The position numbers and the translations under genes were made by a program. A stretch of DNA of 64,000 bases from a virus. Lineage: Duplodnaviria; Caudoviricetes. Shown here one piece after another: positions 9,190 to 19,393 of the stretch (its first letter is position 1; the number at the start of each line of letters is the position of its first letter). The notes below the pieces were generated by a model. It ran no database searches. It was not told the DNA's origin and worked only from the letters and a program-made list of their open reading frames with translations. The stretch spans positions 11,317-75,316 of the IMG/VR virus record IMGVR_UViG_3300033486_000001. One strand, written 5' to 3'.

Positions 9190-10434
9190 TTACTTCTTGT
9201 TGGCGTCTGGGAACATGGCCGCGAACTCGCTCGGATCAAGCGCCATCATTTCAGCGAAGCTCTTGCCACCGGGGATCGGGTTTGGGACCGGAACCGGGGA
9301 AGTCGCAACGACGGACTGGGTCACCGGCTGAGGGGCTGCAGCGGTGGCCTTATTGCGAGTCTCCATCTCTGCAACCATGCGGCGCAGACGGGTGAGCTCA
9401 TCCTCTTGAACGGGAGGAAGAACTGCCGGAGCGACAGGCGTTGGTGTCGGAGCCGCCACTGGGGCCGACACGGGGATCGCCACAGGAGGAGGCAACGGAG
9501 CGGGAGCAGGAGCCTGCATCTGCATCGTCATTGCCGGGGGAGGAGTACGACGCCCCGTCGAGCCAAACACAGATGAAACAATCGCCGCATTGCCGGTATT
9601 GTTGGCCAGCGTCAGAATCTGCTCGTAGGTCAGAGTCTTGTCGTCGTTGTATGTGCCGAGGTCGGGGCACTTCTCGAGGCCGGCGATATCCGAGCCATTC
9701 AGCGGCCCAGCCTTGTAGCGGAACGTTCCGCCGCCCGCACTCTCAGTCTCAATTTCGACCGAGTACTGGGTGGACCACTTCTGTCCTGTCCGTCGGAACT
9801 TGAACCAAACGCCAACGTTCGGGTCGAGTGCGGACACGCCGTTGTTGTCGGAACTGAACTTGTCCATGAGAACCGTCAGCGCCCCCTCCCGGCCCTTACT
9901 CCAGATCAGGCTGGGGGGAAGCTTCAGAATGCCCCACTCGCCGGCGATATTCTTGGCAAGCACGTAGTACTTGCGGTCGGTATAGAACTTGTCGACCAGC
10001 ACCGCCTGTGCCGATGTCTTGAGTGCGGTGGCCGCCTGATTCTTCGCTGCCTCCTCGGTGAGGCCTGGAGTCGCCGCCATCAGCCGCGCAGCACCAGCCG
10101 CGACCATGTCTTCCAGCTTCTTCTTCTCTGCGTCGATGCGAGTGCACTCAGGGCAGTCCTGCGTCACCATCTTGTTGCGATCGCGCTTGAAGATGCAGCG
10201 GAAGGGCTTCCACTTCGGCTTGGACGGGTCCTGCTCATTCGGAATGGTGTAACCCTGATGAAGCGAGTCGTAGGTGTACCACTTACCCGTCATGCGCTGA
10301 CTCTTGACGGGAGGGGCAATCCGGAAAACGCTAGGCTCCTTGTCTGAGATGGTGTGAAACTTGAAGCCGTACGATCCTGGGGCGGAGGGGGTACCGAAAA
10401 AGTCGTTGTTTGTCGGAAGTGTTTCGTTGGTCAT
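9190..10434 (-). CDS. single-stranded DNA-binding protein (gp32-like) with Pro/Ala-rich tail
   Basis: FRIAPP..LHQGY..CPEC..YYVLAKN..GILKLP..DPNVGVWFKFRRTG..TQYSV; replication-cluster context. Confidence 0.65.
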   Translation of the reverse strand: MTNETLPTNNDFFGTPSAPGSYGFKFHTISDKEPSVFRIAPPVKSQRMTGKWYTYDSLHQGYTIPNEQDPSKPKWKPFRCIFKRDRNKMVTQDCPECTRIDAEKKKLEDMVAAGAARLMAATPGLTEEAAKNQAATALKTSAQAVLVDKFYTDRKYYVLAKNIAGEWGILKLPPSLIWSKGREGALTVLMDKFSSDNNGVSALDPNVGVWFKFRRTGQKWSTQYSVEIETESAGGGTFRYKAGPLNGSDIAGLEKCPDLGTYNDDKTLTYEQILTLANNTGNAAIVSSVFGSTGRRTPPPAMTMQMQAPAPAPLPPPVAIPVSAPVAAPTPTPVAPAVLPPVQEDELTRLRRMVAEMETRNKATAAAPQPVTQSVVATSPVPVPNPIPGGKSFAEMMALDPSEFAAMFPDANKK

Positions 10435-10465
10435 TTGATTTTGCTCTTTTTGTTTTTGATTGTTT

Positions 10466-11188
10466 TTACTTCTCTTCTGCTACAGCTCGCTTAACTTCGT
10501 CCTTGGTGCAGCCAAGCGCCTCAAGCACGAACTCAAGACCTATTCTACCATTCGTCGCCACGGTCTTTGACGAGGCACCAACCAAGCGAGCCACATCTGA
10601 CGCCAGATTCTTTACTACGACAGGCTGGGTGCCGATGTCGTACTCGCCCTGCAAGGCAGACTGAACGATCTCGTGCATGACGTACTGAGCGACAAACTGG
10701 AGGCCTGGGGCACGATTAACGATGTCCGTGACGTACTTCAGGAGTGCATTGTAGTCTGCGATGACGGCAGGGGTATTCCAGTTCGGTGACTCAGCCCTGT
10801 ACATCCCCATCTCAGTCATCATGCTGCCGACTTCGTCCAACAGCATCGAGTAGTTGGTAAGACCGAACTGATTGACCCGGCCTTTATCCATCCCCTGCCA
10901 CACGTAGTCGGCGACACGTCGGTACACCACATCGCCGTTCACTACCAAAAACTCCCTCTTGGCTGCGATAGCGCAGAACTTCTCTGTGCCAGCGCCCTCT
11001 GGAATCACGACGGAAACGCCTCGACCGGCCAGTCCCATCACCTTGGCACGCAAGTCGGGGAGTTCGTCGCGTGTTCGCGACTGCATGGCCAGACGCCCGG
11101 CCATAGACCTCCAATCGCCCTCCACTGGTGTGTCTACGATTTGCTTCGCTTCACGGTACTTCTTCAATGCGTTCTGGAATTCGGTCAT
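10466..11188 (-). CDS. hypothetical protein, possibly a degenerate NMP/dephospho-CoA kinase fold
   Basis: Start MTEFQ at 11188 (ATGA overlap with dnaE stop). Confidence 0.6.
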   Translation of the reverse strand: MTEFQNALKKYREAKQIVDTPVEGDWRSMAGRLAMQSRTRDELPDLRAKVMGLAGRGVSVVIPEGAGTEKFCAIAAKREFLVVNGDVVYRRVADYVWQGMDKGRVNQFGLTNYSMLLDEVGSMMTEMGMYRAESPNWNTPAVIADYNALLKYVTDIVNRAPGLQFVAQYVMHEIVQSALQGEYDIGTQPVVVKNLASDVARLVGASSKTVATNGRIGLEFVLEALGCTKDEVKRAVAEEK

Positions 11189-14100
11189 TTCTCGTCCCCT
11201 TTGGTTGTTTCTGGTTTTGCAGCTCTTTGAATCAGCACGACATCGTCTAGTGTAACACCCTTGCCCGGCCTTCTTCGACAACAGCAAGCAGCGATGGAGC
11301 CGGACAAGTCTTCGTTGAATGGAGGAGGCGGCGTTCCGGTCTTGCCGGGCCACTTGACGGCCTTCACGATCGTACCTTCGACGTCGAACGTTAACTCCAC
11401 CGCCGACTTCTTCTTGGGCTCGCCTTCTTTGGCCTTCTTGTCTTCCCAACTCCAACGCCGCTCGGCCGTCAAAAACCCAATACAACTGAATACCACTTCT
11501 TCGCCTATGTCGGCTTGAATGACTTCCTCGACCAAATTGCCGTGCAGCAACGGGTATTCTGTCAATCCTTCGCGCATATTGAACGGGGTGTGGACGATGA
11601 ATGGGTCCTTGCCTTTGATGACGAATTTACGGTCTTGCTTGAGTTGATTCTCAACCAACGGAATCAAATCTTCGGACAGCGCCGGCAGAATCACCTTCTT
11701 GAACTGGTATTGCTCGAGTGGGGACAACGAACGAATTGCCGAGTCTTTCTTTTTGGTAGGCTTTTTCCCAGTGACCGCGAGGCACGCTGCAACGTCGGCT
11801 TGCTGCCACGCCACCAATTTTTGCTCCAGCGTCAGCGAGAACTCTTCACCGTTGATTTCGATGGGAGTGAATAGCGGATCCAAAGCTCCGGTTACAATCA
11901 AAGCAGTCATGGATTGACTGTTCAGGGCGCTTGTAGCAAGCCGACGAGAGGCCACCTCTTTGGTCTCCCCAGTCTTCTTGTCGGTCTTCACGCGGGTTAC
12001 ATTGGTGCCGTTGTCGACACGCCATTGGTGGCGACGTGTGGCGAGTTCTTCCAGTGTTTTGGCGGAAGCGAGAGCCATGAGTTGCTCTTGTGCCTTGTCA
12101 GCGACACCGCGTAACAAGTTGAACGGCGCTCTGATTTTGTCGCCTTCGATGACGAATCCGTCTCGAGACGCACCAAACTGGGGTAGCGCGACCATCTTGC
12201 TGCAATGGATCCACAACTTTTCGTTGATTTCATTGCGGTCTGCGTTGGTTAGAATAGCTGCCCACCACTCGAGCGGGTAGTGGTGCTTCAACCAAGCACA
12301 AGCGTATCCGATGACGGAGTAACAGTAGGCGTGACTTTTGTTAAAGCCGTAGCGACTCCAGGCATCAAGATTGTCCCACAATTTCTCACTTACACTTACA
12401 CCTAGTCGCTCCACTGCACCTCGCATGAAGATCTCTTTGTCTTTTGCGACTTTGGCCATCTGCTTCTTAGAGATGTGGACGCGAAACTCATCGGCTTCGG
12501 CACCGGTAGTGCCGCCAAGAGTTTGAAAGACACGCGTCAAACTCTCTTGGAAACACATAATGCCTTGCGTTTCCGGTACCAATTCGAGAAGGGCGGCATT
12601 GAGCTCGGGATCTCCATTCGGTTTACCTCCGCGAAGTCGGTGGGCGTACTCCACCATCATGTTGTGTCGTCCGCCTTTACCGTCTTCCACATAAGAGTCG
12701 AGACCGCCTGGGCGGTCCAAGGCGGTGAAAGTGGCCAAATCGAGGACAGAAGCCAATCCCTTGCGGCCGTTGCCGCGTTCGAAATCGAAGTACTTCAACC
12801 ACCGTCTAGCAGATGGCGGGTGGAATTGGAAGACGGTTTCAGTCTTGCCTTCTGAGATTTCCCTCAAAACACCCTGATCCTCAGGGAGATCCCAAATGTC
12901 ATGGAGTTGACCGTTTAGCGGCACACAGCGAAGGTGCGGCACGAAAATCCCATGGAGTTTAACTCCGGGGACATCCTCATCGGGCTCCAACTTCCTCCTG
13001 GACGGCGACCAATCGATATGCGGGGCGTGCCGGTCCTGTACCAAATGAATGGCGTGGGAAATGTCGTTGAGAATTTTGATGTTGAGGTAGTCAACCTTCA
13101 GCAGCCCCATTGCCTCGACGGCGTCTTTTGTGAATTGTGTACACCTCACGCCACCAATTGTGACGAGTGGGATGATGTCGGAGATTGGGGCATTATTCAC
13201 GACATACGCACACGCGTGACGGCCGCGCGATCTGGTTAGCCCTAAAGCTTTTTGAATGATATTCCACTCGGCCGGGTAAGTCTTGACAAAAGAAATCAGC
13301 GCTGGGTCGATCTCGATTTGTCCTTGCGTCCAGCTACCGTCGGAATTTTTGTAGCCGAAAACAAAGTCGTGGTCTTCAACCCCCTGTGGCGCTTCGGGGA
13401 ATTGCGACGTGATTTTGTTGATCTCGGACGGCACGTACCCATACTTGACACGGAAGACGTCCTTGGTAGCTGACCGCAACTTGAGTTTGTTGTCGGTGCT
13501 GATTTGCGCCACACACTCGCCGAACCGTTCCTTGAGCCAGCCTTTATTCGGGTTATTCGGGTCTACTAGTAAGTCTCTATCCCCTAGATCTTGGTCGACG
13601 TCGGGTAGTTTCCCTGACGCAATACGGGTAGGCGTCAAGAAGCGATCTAGACTAAGACCGGCCTTGATCGGATCAACGTGTGTAATGCCAAGTAGGTAGC
13701 TTGTATACACGCCCGCAGCCGAACCTCTTCCAACCCCAGACAACTTCCCATTGCGCGTGTACAAAGCACATACTTCTTCCAACATCTGAAAATATGGCAG
13801 TAGGTCTACGACACCGTTTTTGTGAAGCAACTCGATCTCTTGTTGCAAGCGCCCGAGGTGGGCCGCGTCATGGATGAGTCGCCCGTGCTTGGCGATGAGT
13901 TTGGCGGTGTGCTCTAACGTATTAGCCGGATAGAAGTTGGTCGGCAGCGCCTTCTGGGTGGTGAATTTGAAGTCGTGGAACCTCGCAGCCCAATCGTGGT
14001 TATTTTGCACCCAACCTTCGAATTCCGACTGACCAATCCCCATCCTATCTCGGAACCAGGCGCCGGCGGCGGCATTGTCGAGACGGTGGTATGAATTCGC

Positions 14101-15201
14101 CATCTTCCAGCCGCCGGACTGTGCCAAGCGCATGTCTTGGACGATTTTTTCATCAGGTGAGGTAAAGTGGCTGTCGTCACTACATAGGACTACATCACCC
14201 ATTTTCTGGGCGATCTGGTAGATGAATCGATTGACCCCCAACTGAACGTCTCCGTCAGGCGACCATGGGGAACAACTGTTCTTGATGAACCCCTCGCGCA
14301 AGTCCGCTGAAACCATCACCTTGGGTTCGGCCACATCGACAAATTTACGGTTTTGCATGACCTCCAAAATACGCTTGTGCTTGCTCAAATCCGCCTGAGC
14401 CAGACTTTCGGCCTTGAGTTCGCCTGCGTCGGTCTTGAGTTTCTTCCACACGGGGAACTTCTCTTCCGTGCCATCTTCGTACTTCACCCACACGCCAGAT
14501 TCCCAATTCTGATCGCAAGTGTGGGGGAACATCTCCACCAAAAAGTTGCCCGGCTTCACCAAGCCCCGGACGCGCTGGTAATACTTGATGGCGGTCTGCC
14601 AGTCGTTATGGACGAGCAAGTGTCGCCCCACCACGCCGATGAGGCAGCTCGAAGTCATCGTGACGTTCTTCGAGCCGAGTTCCTCGAGGTCTGCCCAGGT
14701 AAAAATCGGCTTGCGCTCCGAGCCGTGTTGCTCAGCCCTGAGGTCCGCCTTCGAAAGTAGCTTGACGGCCGTGAAGAACGCTTCTTGGTCCAAGAAGTGA
14801 AGCGTGCAATGAAGATACTTCAAGTGTTCCCAATATCCATACTCAGGCACGCAAAGCTGTTGATCCGCCTTGGGGAGCTTTTCGTAAGCCTTTTGGGTCA
14901 CGCGCTGGTTCGTGCGTTCGTTGCGGTAGCGCATCGCCCTTTGTACACCGGCCTGCTCTAAAATACTACATGAGTCATCTCTGACATATGCCTCTAACCC
15001 CAAGATCGGATTGAGTTTTCCGGCAAACCGCTTGTCCGACCGACATAGGTCGTACGCGCTCCGACACCCCTCGAGTGTCCCGTGGTCGGTGACCGTCAGG
15101 TGGCCGCTCCCAAGTTCTAGCTCCTTCTTGGCAAAAGCTTCCGGAGTGGCGGCCGAGTCGAAACTGTTTGGATGGCTATGAGGTGTCGGAAAGTTGTTCA
15201 T
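11185..15201 (-). CDS. dnaE: DNA polymerase III alpha subunit (DnaE-type, family C)
   Basis: PHP motifs PHSH, VTDHG, GLEAY; GRGSAAG; PDVDQD; LLKVDYL; GFNKSHA. Confidence 0.95.
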   Translation of the reverse strand: MNNFPTPHSHPNSFDSAATPEAFAKKELELGSGHLTVTDHGTLEGCRSAYDLCRSDKRFAGKLNPILGLEAYVRDDSCSILEQAGVQRAMRYRNERTNQRVTQKAYEKLPKADQQLCVPEYGYWEHLKYLHCTLHFLDQEAFFTAVKLLSKADLRAEQHGSERKPIFTWADLEELGSKNVTMTSSCLIGVVGRHLLVHNDWQTAIKYYQRVRGLVKPGNFLVEMFPHTCDQNWESGVWVKYEDGTEEKFPVWKKLKTDAGELKAESLAQADLSKHKRILEVMQNRKFVDVAEPKVMVSADLREGFIKNSCSPWSPDGDVQLGVNRFIYQIAQKMGDVVLCSDDSHFTSPDEKIVQDMRLAQSGGWKMANSYHRLDNAAAGAWFRDRMGIGQSEFEGWVQNNHDWAARFHDFKFTTQKALPTNFYPANTLEHTAKLIAKHGRLIHDAAHLGRLQQEIELLHKNGVVDLLPYFQMLEEVCALYTRNGKLSGVGRGSAAGVYTSYLLGITHVDPIKAGLSLDRFLTPTRIASGKLPDVDQDLGDRDLLVDPNNPNKGWLKERFGECVAQISTDNKLKLRSATKDVFRVKYGYVPSEINKITSQFPEAPQGVEDHDFVFGYKNSDGSWTQGQIEIDPALISFVKTYPAEWNIIQKALGLTRSRGRHACAYVVNNAPISDIIPLVTIGGVRCTQFTKDAVEAMGLLKVDYLNIKILNDISHAIHLVQDRHAPHIDWSPSRRKLEPDEDVPGVKLHGIFVPHLRCVPLNGQLHDIWDLPEDQGVLREISEGKTETVFQFHPPSARRWLKYFDFERGNGRKGLASVLDLATFTALDRPGGLDSYVEDGKGGRHNMMVEYAHRLRGGKPNGDPELNAALLELVPETQGIMCFQESLTRVFQTLGGTTGAEADEFRVHISKKQMAKVAKDKEIFMRGAVERLGVSVSEKLWDNLDAWSRYGFNKSHAYCYSVIGYACAWLKHHYPLEWWAAILTNADRNEINEKLWIHCSKMVALPQFGASRDGFVIEGDKIRAPFNLLRGVADKAQEQLMALASAKTLEELATRRHQWRVDNGTNVTRVKTDKKTGETKEVASRRLATSALNSQSMTALIVTGALDPLFTPIEINGEEFSLTLEQKLVAWQQADVAACLAVTGKKPTKKKDSAIRSLSPLEQYQFKKVILPALSEDLIPLVENQLKQDRKFVIKGKDPFIVHTPFNMREGLTEYPLLHGNLVEEVIQADIGEEVVFSCIGFLTAERRWSWEDKKAKEGEPKKKSAVELTFDVEGTIVKAVKWPGKTGTPPPPFNEDLSGSIAACCCRRRPGKGVTLDDVVLIQRAAKPETTKGDEK

Positions 15202-15213
15202 GAGTGTGTCTTT

Positions 15214-15411
15214 CTAGGTCTGTCGCTTACTGGCGTTGTCGTGGATCCACCAGACAAACGAGAACACTGCGACGATTATAGAGACGAGCAGGAGCCAATC
15301 GTACGCGCTAAAGGTGGGGAATACGACGCGCGAGTGAGTACCACTACACCTATGAGCTGTACCTGCAATAAGCGCCTGCTGCATAAGCAGCGTCGATGCG
15401 AAGATGGTCAT
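15214..15411 (-). CDS. small membrane protein
   Basis: GGAGG RBS before ATG at 15411; TM segment WLLLVSIIVAVFSFVWWI. Confidence 0.6.
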   Translation of the reverse strand: MTIFASTLLMQQALIAGTAHRCSGTHSRVVFPTFSAYDWLLLVSIIVAVFSFVWWIHDNASKRQT

Positions 15412-15430
15412 TTTGTTCCTCCAATGTGAA

Positions 15431-15460
15431 GACGCCCCGACCATACATCATCGGGGCGTC
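15431..15460 (-). terminator. perfect 10-bp hairpin, possible terminator
   Basis: GACGCCCCGA-N10-TCGGGGCGTC, intergenic. Confidence 0.5.
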
Positions 15461-15486
15461 GTTGGCAAGAGCTGGATTCACTCTTC

Positions 15487-15741
15487 TCACTTACGGGTGC
15501 TTCTGACCTTCTTCGTGTCACCGCCGTAGTACTTCTTCGTGGCTTCCATAAAGTTGGCGTATGCGACCCTACACATCCGATTGGCATCCATGGTCAAGGG
15601 GTCGTCTGCGACACTTCGGGTGGCATCCGGGACTATCGATATCTCTCGATAATACAGCACCATAGCTCGATGATACTCTGCATAAGCGTTGAAGTACTCT
15701 TGTGCAGCTTGGTGGTATTCGACTTCAGAGCGATGGCTCAT
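15487..15741 (-). CDS. hypothetical protein
   Basis: ORF packing. Confidence 0.55.
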   Translation of the reverse strand: MSHRSEVEYHQAAQEYFNAYAEYHRAMVLYYREISIVPDATRSVADDPLTMDANRMCRVAYANFMEATKKYYGGDTKKVRSTRK

Positions 15742-15965
15742 CGACTCACCTTCAGTTGACGGCGCAACTTCTCGATCACTCGAGCTTCCAACGTGTTGTA
15801 CTCCTCTTCCGTCATCATCAGCGACCTTGCAGCAACACTCGCAGGGACGCCGTCAGGAAACCGTGCCATGAGCTTGTTCAGCGAGTAGTCATAGCGTCGG
15901 TTGGAGATGAAGTCGGGGTCGTCCTGCAACTTCTTCTTAAAATCTTCAATTTGTGGGTCGGTCAT
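15738..15965 (-). CDS. small HTH protein resembling sigma-70 region 4
   Basis: VPASVAARSLMMTEEEYNTLEARVIEKLR resembles region-4 T..EIA..LG.S.E.V..IE.RAL.KLR. Confidence 0.5.
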   Translation of the reverse strand: MTDPQIEDFKKKLQDDPDFISNRRYDYSLNKLMARFPDGVPASVAARSLMMTEEEYNTLEARVIEKLRRQLKVSR

Positions 15966-17026
15966 AGTGGCTTCCAAAGGGGAATGATTTTGTCGAACTC
16001 TTTTGATTTGTCTGCATCAACACCAACATAAAGCCGTCTGTGATCGCCAAACTGGTGTCCGTCGACGCTCTCCCAGAGTTGCTGACTACAGTGCGAGGCG
16101 AAGTAACCAAGAGACTGAGAGTACTGGCCTCCAGGAAGCATCGCTCCGTTCGTAATTACTGTGGAATCCCCTACGTCTACGTCACAGGAAATGTGGACAT
16201 GTCCGCCACAAAACTGAGTCACGTCGGCGTTGTCGGGGTGCGCAGTACGAAACCTTCCAATTTGAGCCTCCAAGGCTCCGGTGCGGAGCAGCTTGCCTGG
16301 ATTGCCGAAATTGAAGATCGCATCGCCGTGTGTATAGAGCGACTTTTGTCCGAATTGAGAGCAAATGTAGAACGGACGGATGTGAGTTTCAACCCGGACA
16401 TTGGGGACGGCGCGGAAGGCGTAATACAGCGACCGATAAATGCGGTATTCATGGGAGTCGTATTTATCTTGTAGGGCGCGGTCTGGGTGGCGAGCGACGT
16501 CGCGTCCATGATTCCCTACAGCCGTATACACCACAACTTGGCGAAATTCCGTGGCGGCAAATTCCAGGGCATGGACTAGATGGTGCAAGGCTCGGTCGAA
16601 CTGTACCGTTACGTTGGCTGAAGACTGGGGGTCATGAATGTTGCCTTCAATAACATCGCCCAAGATGTGTACCGCCAAAGATGTGGCCTTGCGATGCTGT
16701 CGCTTGTAGTCCACCACTTGAGCGACAATAGCCGCCAATCGACGAGATTCTTCGATTGGGCCGTACGGATAACGCACTAATCGGCCATCCAACTCGGCCC
16801 CAAAGTGCATGTCCGACAACATCAAGTTCAGCCAGCGCTCCGTCCTAGCAGTCTTCTTGCCCTTATAGGTCGGAATCCAATTGCGCTGGGCAAACCGCCT
16901 GGAAATAACCTCCAGGCGATTAGCCATACACTCGTTCTTCGCCAAGCTCAGTGCCGCACTTTTGTCTTTCTTGAATTCCGCCTTTTTACGCAACTCATCG
17001 ATAAACGCATGTACGGCCGACGCCAT
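15962..17026 (-). CDS. calcineurin-like metallophosphoesterase
   Basis: SDMHFG, LGDVIEG, GNHGR, THGD, GHVH; start MASAV at 17026. Confidence 0.85.
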   Translation of the reverse strand: MASAVHAFIDELRKKAEFKKDKSAALSLAKNECMANRLEVISRRFAQRNWIPTYKGKKTARTERWLNLMLSDMHFGAELDGRLVRYPYGPIEESRRLAAIVAQVVDYKRQHRKATSLAVHILGDVIEGNIHDPQSSANVTVQFDRALHHLVHALEFAATEFRQVVVYTAVGNHGRDVARHPDRALQDKYDSHEYRIYRSLYYAFRAVPNVRVETHIRPFYICSQFGQKSLYTHGDAIFNFGNPGKLLRTGALEAQIGRFRTAHPDNADVTQFCGGHVHISCDVDVGDSTVITNGAMLPGGQYSQSLGYFASHCSQQLWESVDGHQFGDHRRLYVGVDADKSKEFDKIIPLWKPL

Positions 17027-17535
17027 TAGCTCTTCACCGCGGCGGGAGCGTTGCAATACACCGCCTCAACGCGAAGCTTGTCCTTGTTCTGGAGCTCCAT
17101 CTCGAAGCCCGCCGACTGTCCGAGCAACCCGGCGAGAAGAGTCTGCTCCATCTGCTTGGCCGGCAATGTAACGGGCTGCTGCGTCTTGAGTTGACCGTCC
17201 GCGCTGAACTGGTTGACAACCAACAGACTCTCGACCGTGATGGCGGGGTCGACAACCAGCGAGCCCTCGGCCAGAGCCGCCTCAATGGCCGCCTTCTGAG
17301 CCTTGGCGCGCTCCTCTTGCTGACGAGCCTGATGCGCGCCAATGGCCTGCTGAATGGCCTCCATACCGACCGTCTCGACGATGGCCGCAAGGAGCTGGTC
17401 GATCTGGTCGACGCGCTGAGTGAGCCCCTGCTCCTCCTTCGTTCCGAACAGGCTCGTCTCGATACGAGTGAGACGGGTCATTGCATCTGCAGCGCGCTTC
17501 GCATTTACTCGATTATCATTGCTAGGAATTACCAT
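17026..17535 (-). CDS. hypothetical coiled-coil protein
   Basis: ORF packing. Confidence 0.6.
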   Translation of the reverse strand: MVIPSNDNRVNAKRAADAMTRLTRIETSLFGTKEEQGLTQRVDQIDQLLAAIVETVGMEAIQQAIGAHQARQQEERAKAQKAAIEAALAEGSLVVDPAITVESLLVVNQFSADGQLKTQQPVTLPAKQMEQTLLAGLLGQSAGFEMELQNKDKLRVEAVYCNAPAAVKS

Positions 17536-17559
17536 TTTTGTTCTCCTTGGGGACTTCTA

Positions 17560-18411
17560 CTACGCGTTCTTTACCGCTGCATCCATCATTCGTGAGCTTG
17601 CTTCAGCCATTCTCGACGCCGTCATCTGAGAGGTCATTTCGATTTGACGAATTGATGTCGGGAATGGAATCGGCTGAATTGAACCCGTCGGTCGAGCCTG
17701 CTGGGTGAGGTCGACTACAACTTCCTTCTCGACTGTCTTGCCAGTGGACTGATCGACCATTGGCGCCATGACGGTTTTGGTAACTCGCTTGATTCCACCT
17801 ACTTGTTCCGTCTTCACGGGCGTCGGTGTTGGAGTTGGGGTCGGTGCCGGGGTTTGTGGGGCTGGCGTTGATGCCGACTGGACAACAGACTTGGCGGACA
17901 CCTTACGTAGCGCCGGCTTGGCTGGAACGTTCGCCTTCTTGAGTGTAGGGGCTACGGGCTCTGGAGTCGGCTCGGCTAGCGAGGGCTTCTTGGTGACCTT
18001 AGCCGCAATCGCCTTCAACGCACCAAACACCGCCGGGGCTGCCAGAGCCTTAAGTGCGGTAATTTCGGCCGGAGTAAACATGCCGTCAGTGTCAGTGTTT
18101 TCGACTCCAACAAGCTTAGACATGCGAGTTCTGACAAAATCTCGGATCTCTTTGTCGACTACAGCCGCCGCGGGGCCAGTGGAGTCGCTGAAGAAGGAGT
18201 CCATAGACAACACCAACCGGTAATACTGAGCGAGTTCAAGGCGAAATTCCACTTCCGCCATGGCTTGCTCATCGGTAGTTTCTGTTGTGTCAACTGCCGT
18301 CGGCTCGCTACGAGAAACTACGCGGACGTTCGGTCGCGGTCGGGGTGGAGCGGCCGATACATCCGGCGCGCTGTCGTTGTCGAGGTCTTCTAGATCAAAA
18401 TCGATTGACAA
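17560..18411 (-). CDS. hypothetical protein with acidic N-terminus and Pro/Thr-rich linker
   Basis: 283-aa ORF with RBS. Confidence 0.65.
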   Translation of the reverse strand: MSIDFDLEDLDNDSAPDVSAAPPRPRPNVRVVSRSEPTAVDTTETTDEQAMAEVEFRLELAQYYRLVLSMDSFFSDSTGPAAAVVDKEIRDFVRTRMSKLVGVENTDTDGMFTPAEITALKALAAPAVFGALKAIAAKVTKKPSLAEPTPEPVAPTLKKANVPAKPALRKVSAKSVVQSASTPAPQTPAPTPTPTPTPVKTEQVGGIKRVTKTVMAPMVDQSTGKTVEKEVVVDLTQQARPTGSIQPIPFPTSIRQIEMTSQMTASRMAEASSRMMDAAVKNA

Positions 18412-18420
18412 TTGGTTCTC

Positions 18421-18669
18421 CTAGATTTGAAATTCCAGTATACACGGTTTTACGGTGGTGTCAAGCGACTTTTGTGTTGGACGGCAAATCATCTCCGCCA
18501 AAATAACCGCGGCGACGTGCTCGGGCGACGACAATCGAGTTTTCTCGGCCGCCATATACGCCTTCAGCCACGGACTGATCATCGTACACCTCCAAAAAGT
18601 AAACGCCCCGAGTTGTCTGGTTCGTGGCGACACCGTGCTGCGCTCGTTAGAGCGGACAAAACACCACAT
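18421..18669 (-). CDS. hypothetical protein
   Basis: Short ORF filling the gap; start uncertain. Confidence 0.3.
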   Translation of the reverse strand: MWCFVRSNERSTVSPRTRQLGAFTFWRCTMISPWLKAYMAAEKTRLSSPEHVAAVILAEMICRPTQKSLDTTVKPCILEFQI

Positions 18670-18756
18670 CGCGACCGGAGGTTGGCTGCCTATACAAGAA
18701 ACAGCCAGGTGTGAACACGTAGAAGGTGTCGACCCGGTCGCGATGTGGTGTGAAAT

Positions 18757-19353
18757 TTAAACTCCAGTCGAACCGAGGCCGTTAGTACCACGGTCAGTTT
18801 CAGCTACTTCGGTAACTTCCACGCATTCCATCAACGATACTGGGGCGATTACGAGCTGAGCAATCCGATCGCCCGCCTTGATGTCCACCGTCCCGGGGCC
18901 GTGATTGATGAGAATCACCTTGACGTTGCCTGTGTAGGCTGTGTCGATGGTGCCGGGAGAATTCAGCACGGTCACGCCCTTCTTGGCCGCCAGGCCGCTA
19001 CGGGGGCGGACTTGCCCCTCGTATCCAGCCGGGAGTTCCAGCTGGATGCCCGTATCATACGCGTGAAACGCGCCTGGCGCAAGCGACAAGGTCTCGACCG
19101 AGACCAAATCGAGACCGGAATCGGTGGGGTGCGCTCGAGTAGGCTGAACTGCTGCCGGGTGAACCTTCTTGAATTTCAACGTAGCCCAATAGTGGCTGAC
19201 GGCCGATACACCGGTCGTGCGCGGAATTTCTCCGCCACACGGAGGGGCGGCGACAAACACTGTACTCGAATCACCAGTCGTGGTCGTGTTGCATGGTAAT
19301 TCGACGCAGGGATTGTATGTCACGGCGATCTGCTGGATGGTGGAATCGGACAT
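18757..19353 (-). CDS. dut: trimeric dUTPase with N-terminal extension
   Basis: DSGLDL, RSGLAAK, GTIDTAYTG, RIAQLV, RGTNGLGSTG; start MSDST at 19353 supported by GGAG RBS and promoter at 19381-19390. Confidence 0.92.
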   Translation of the reverse strand: MSDSTIQQIAVTYNPCVELPCNTTTTGDSSTVFVAAPPCGGEIPRTTGVSAVSHYWATLKFKKVHPAAVQPTRAHPTDSGLDLVSVETLSLAPGAFHAYDTGIQLELPAGYEGQVRPRSGLAAKKGVTVLNSPGTIDTAYTGNVKVILINHGPGTVDIKAGDRIAQLVIAPVSLMECVEVTEVAETDRGTNGLGSTGV

Positions 19354-19380
19354 TCGTAATTCTCCTTGTTTGGTTCCACC

Positions 19381-19390
19381 ATTGTACCAC
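19381..19390 (-). promoter_or_regulatory. extended -10 motif GTGGTACAAT
   Basis: Upstream of dut; member of the recurring motif. Confidence 0.55.
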
Positions 19391-19393
19391 GGA

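Noticed and set aside
14278-14517. Cys...Asn-Ser segment in DnaE as a mini-intein
   Set aside because: About 80 aa is too short for a Hint domain, and I see no block B TxxH or penultimate His.
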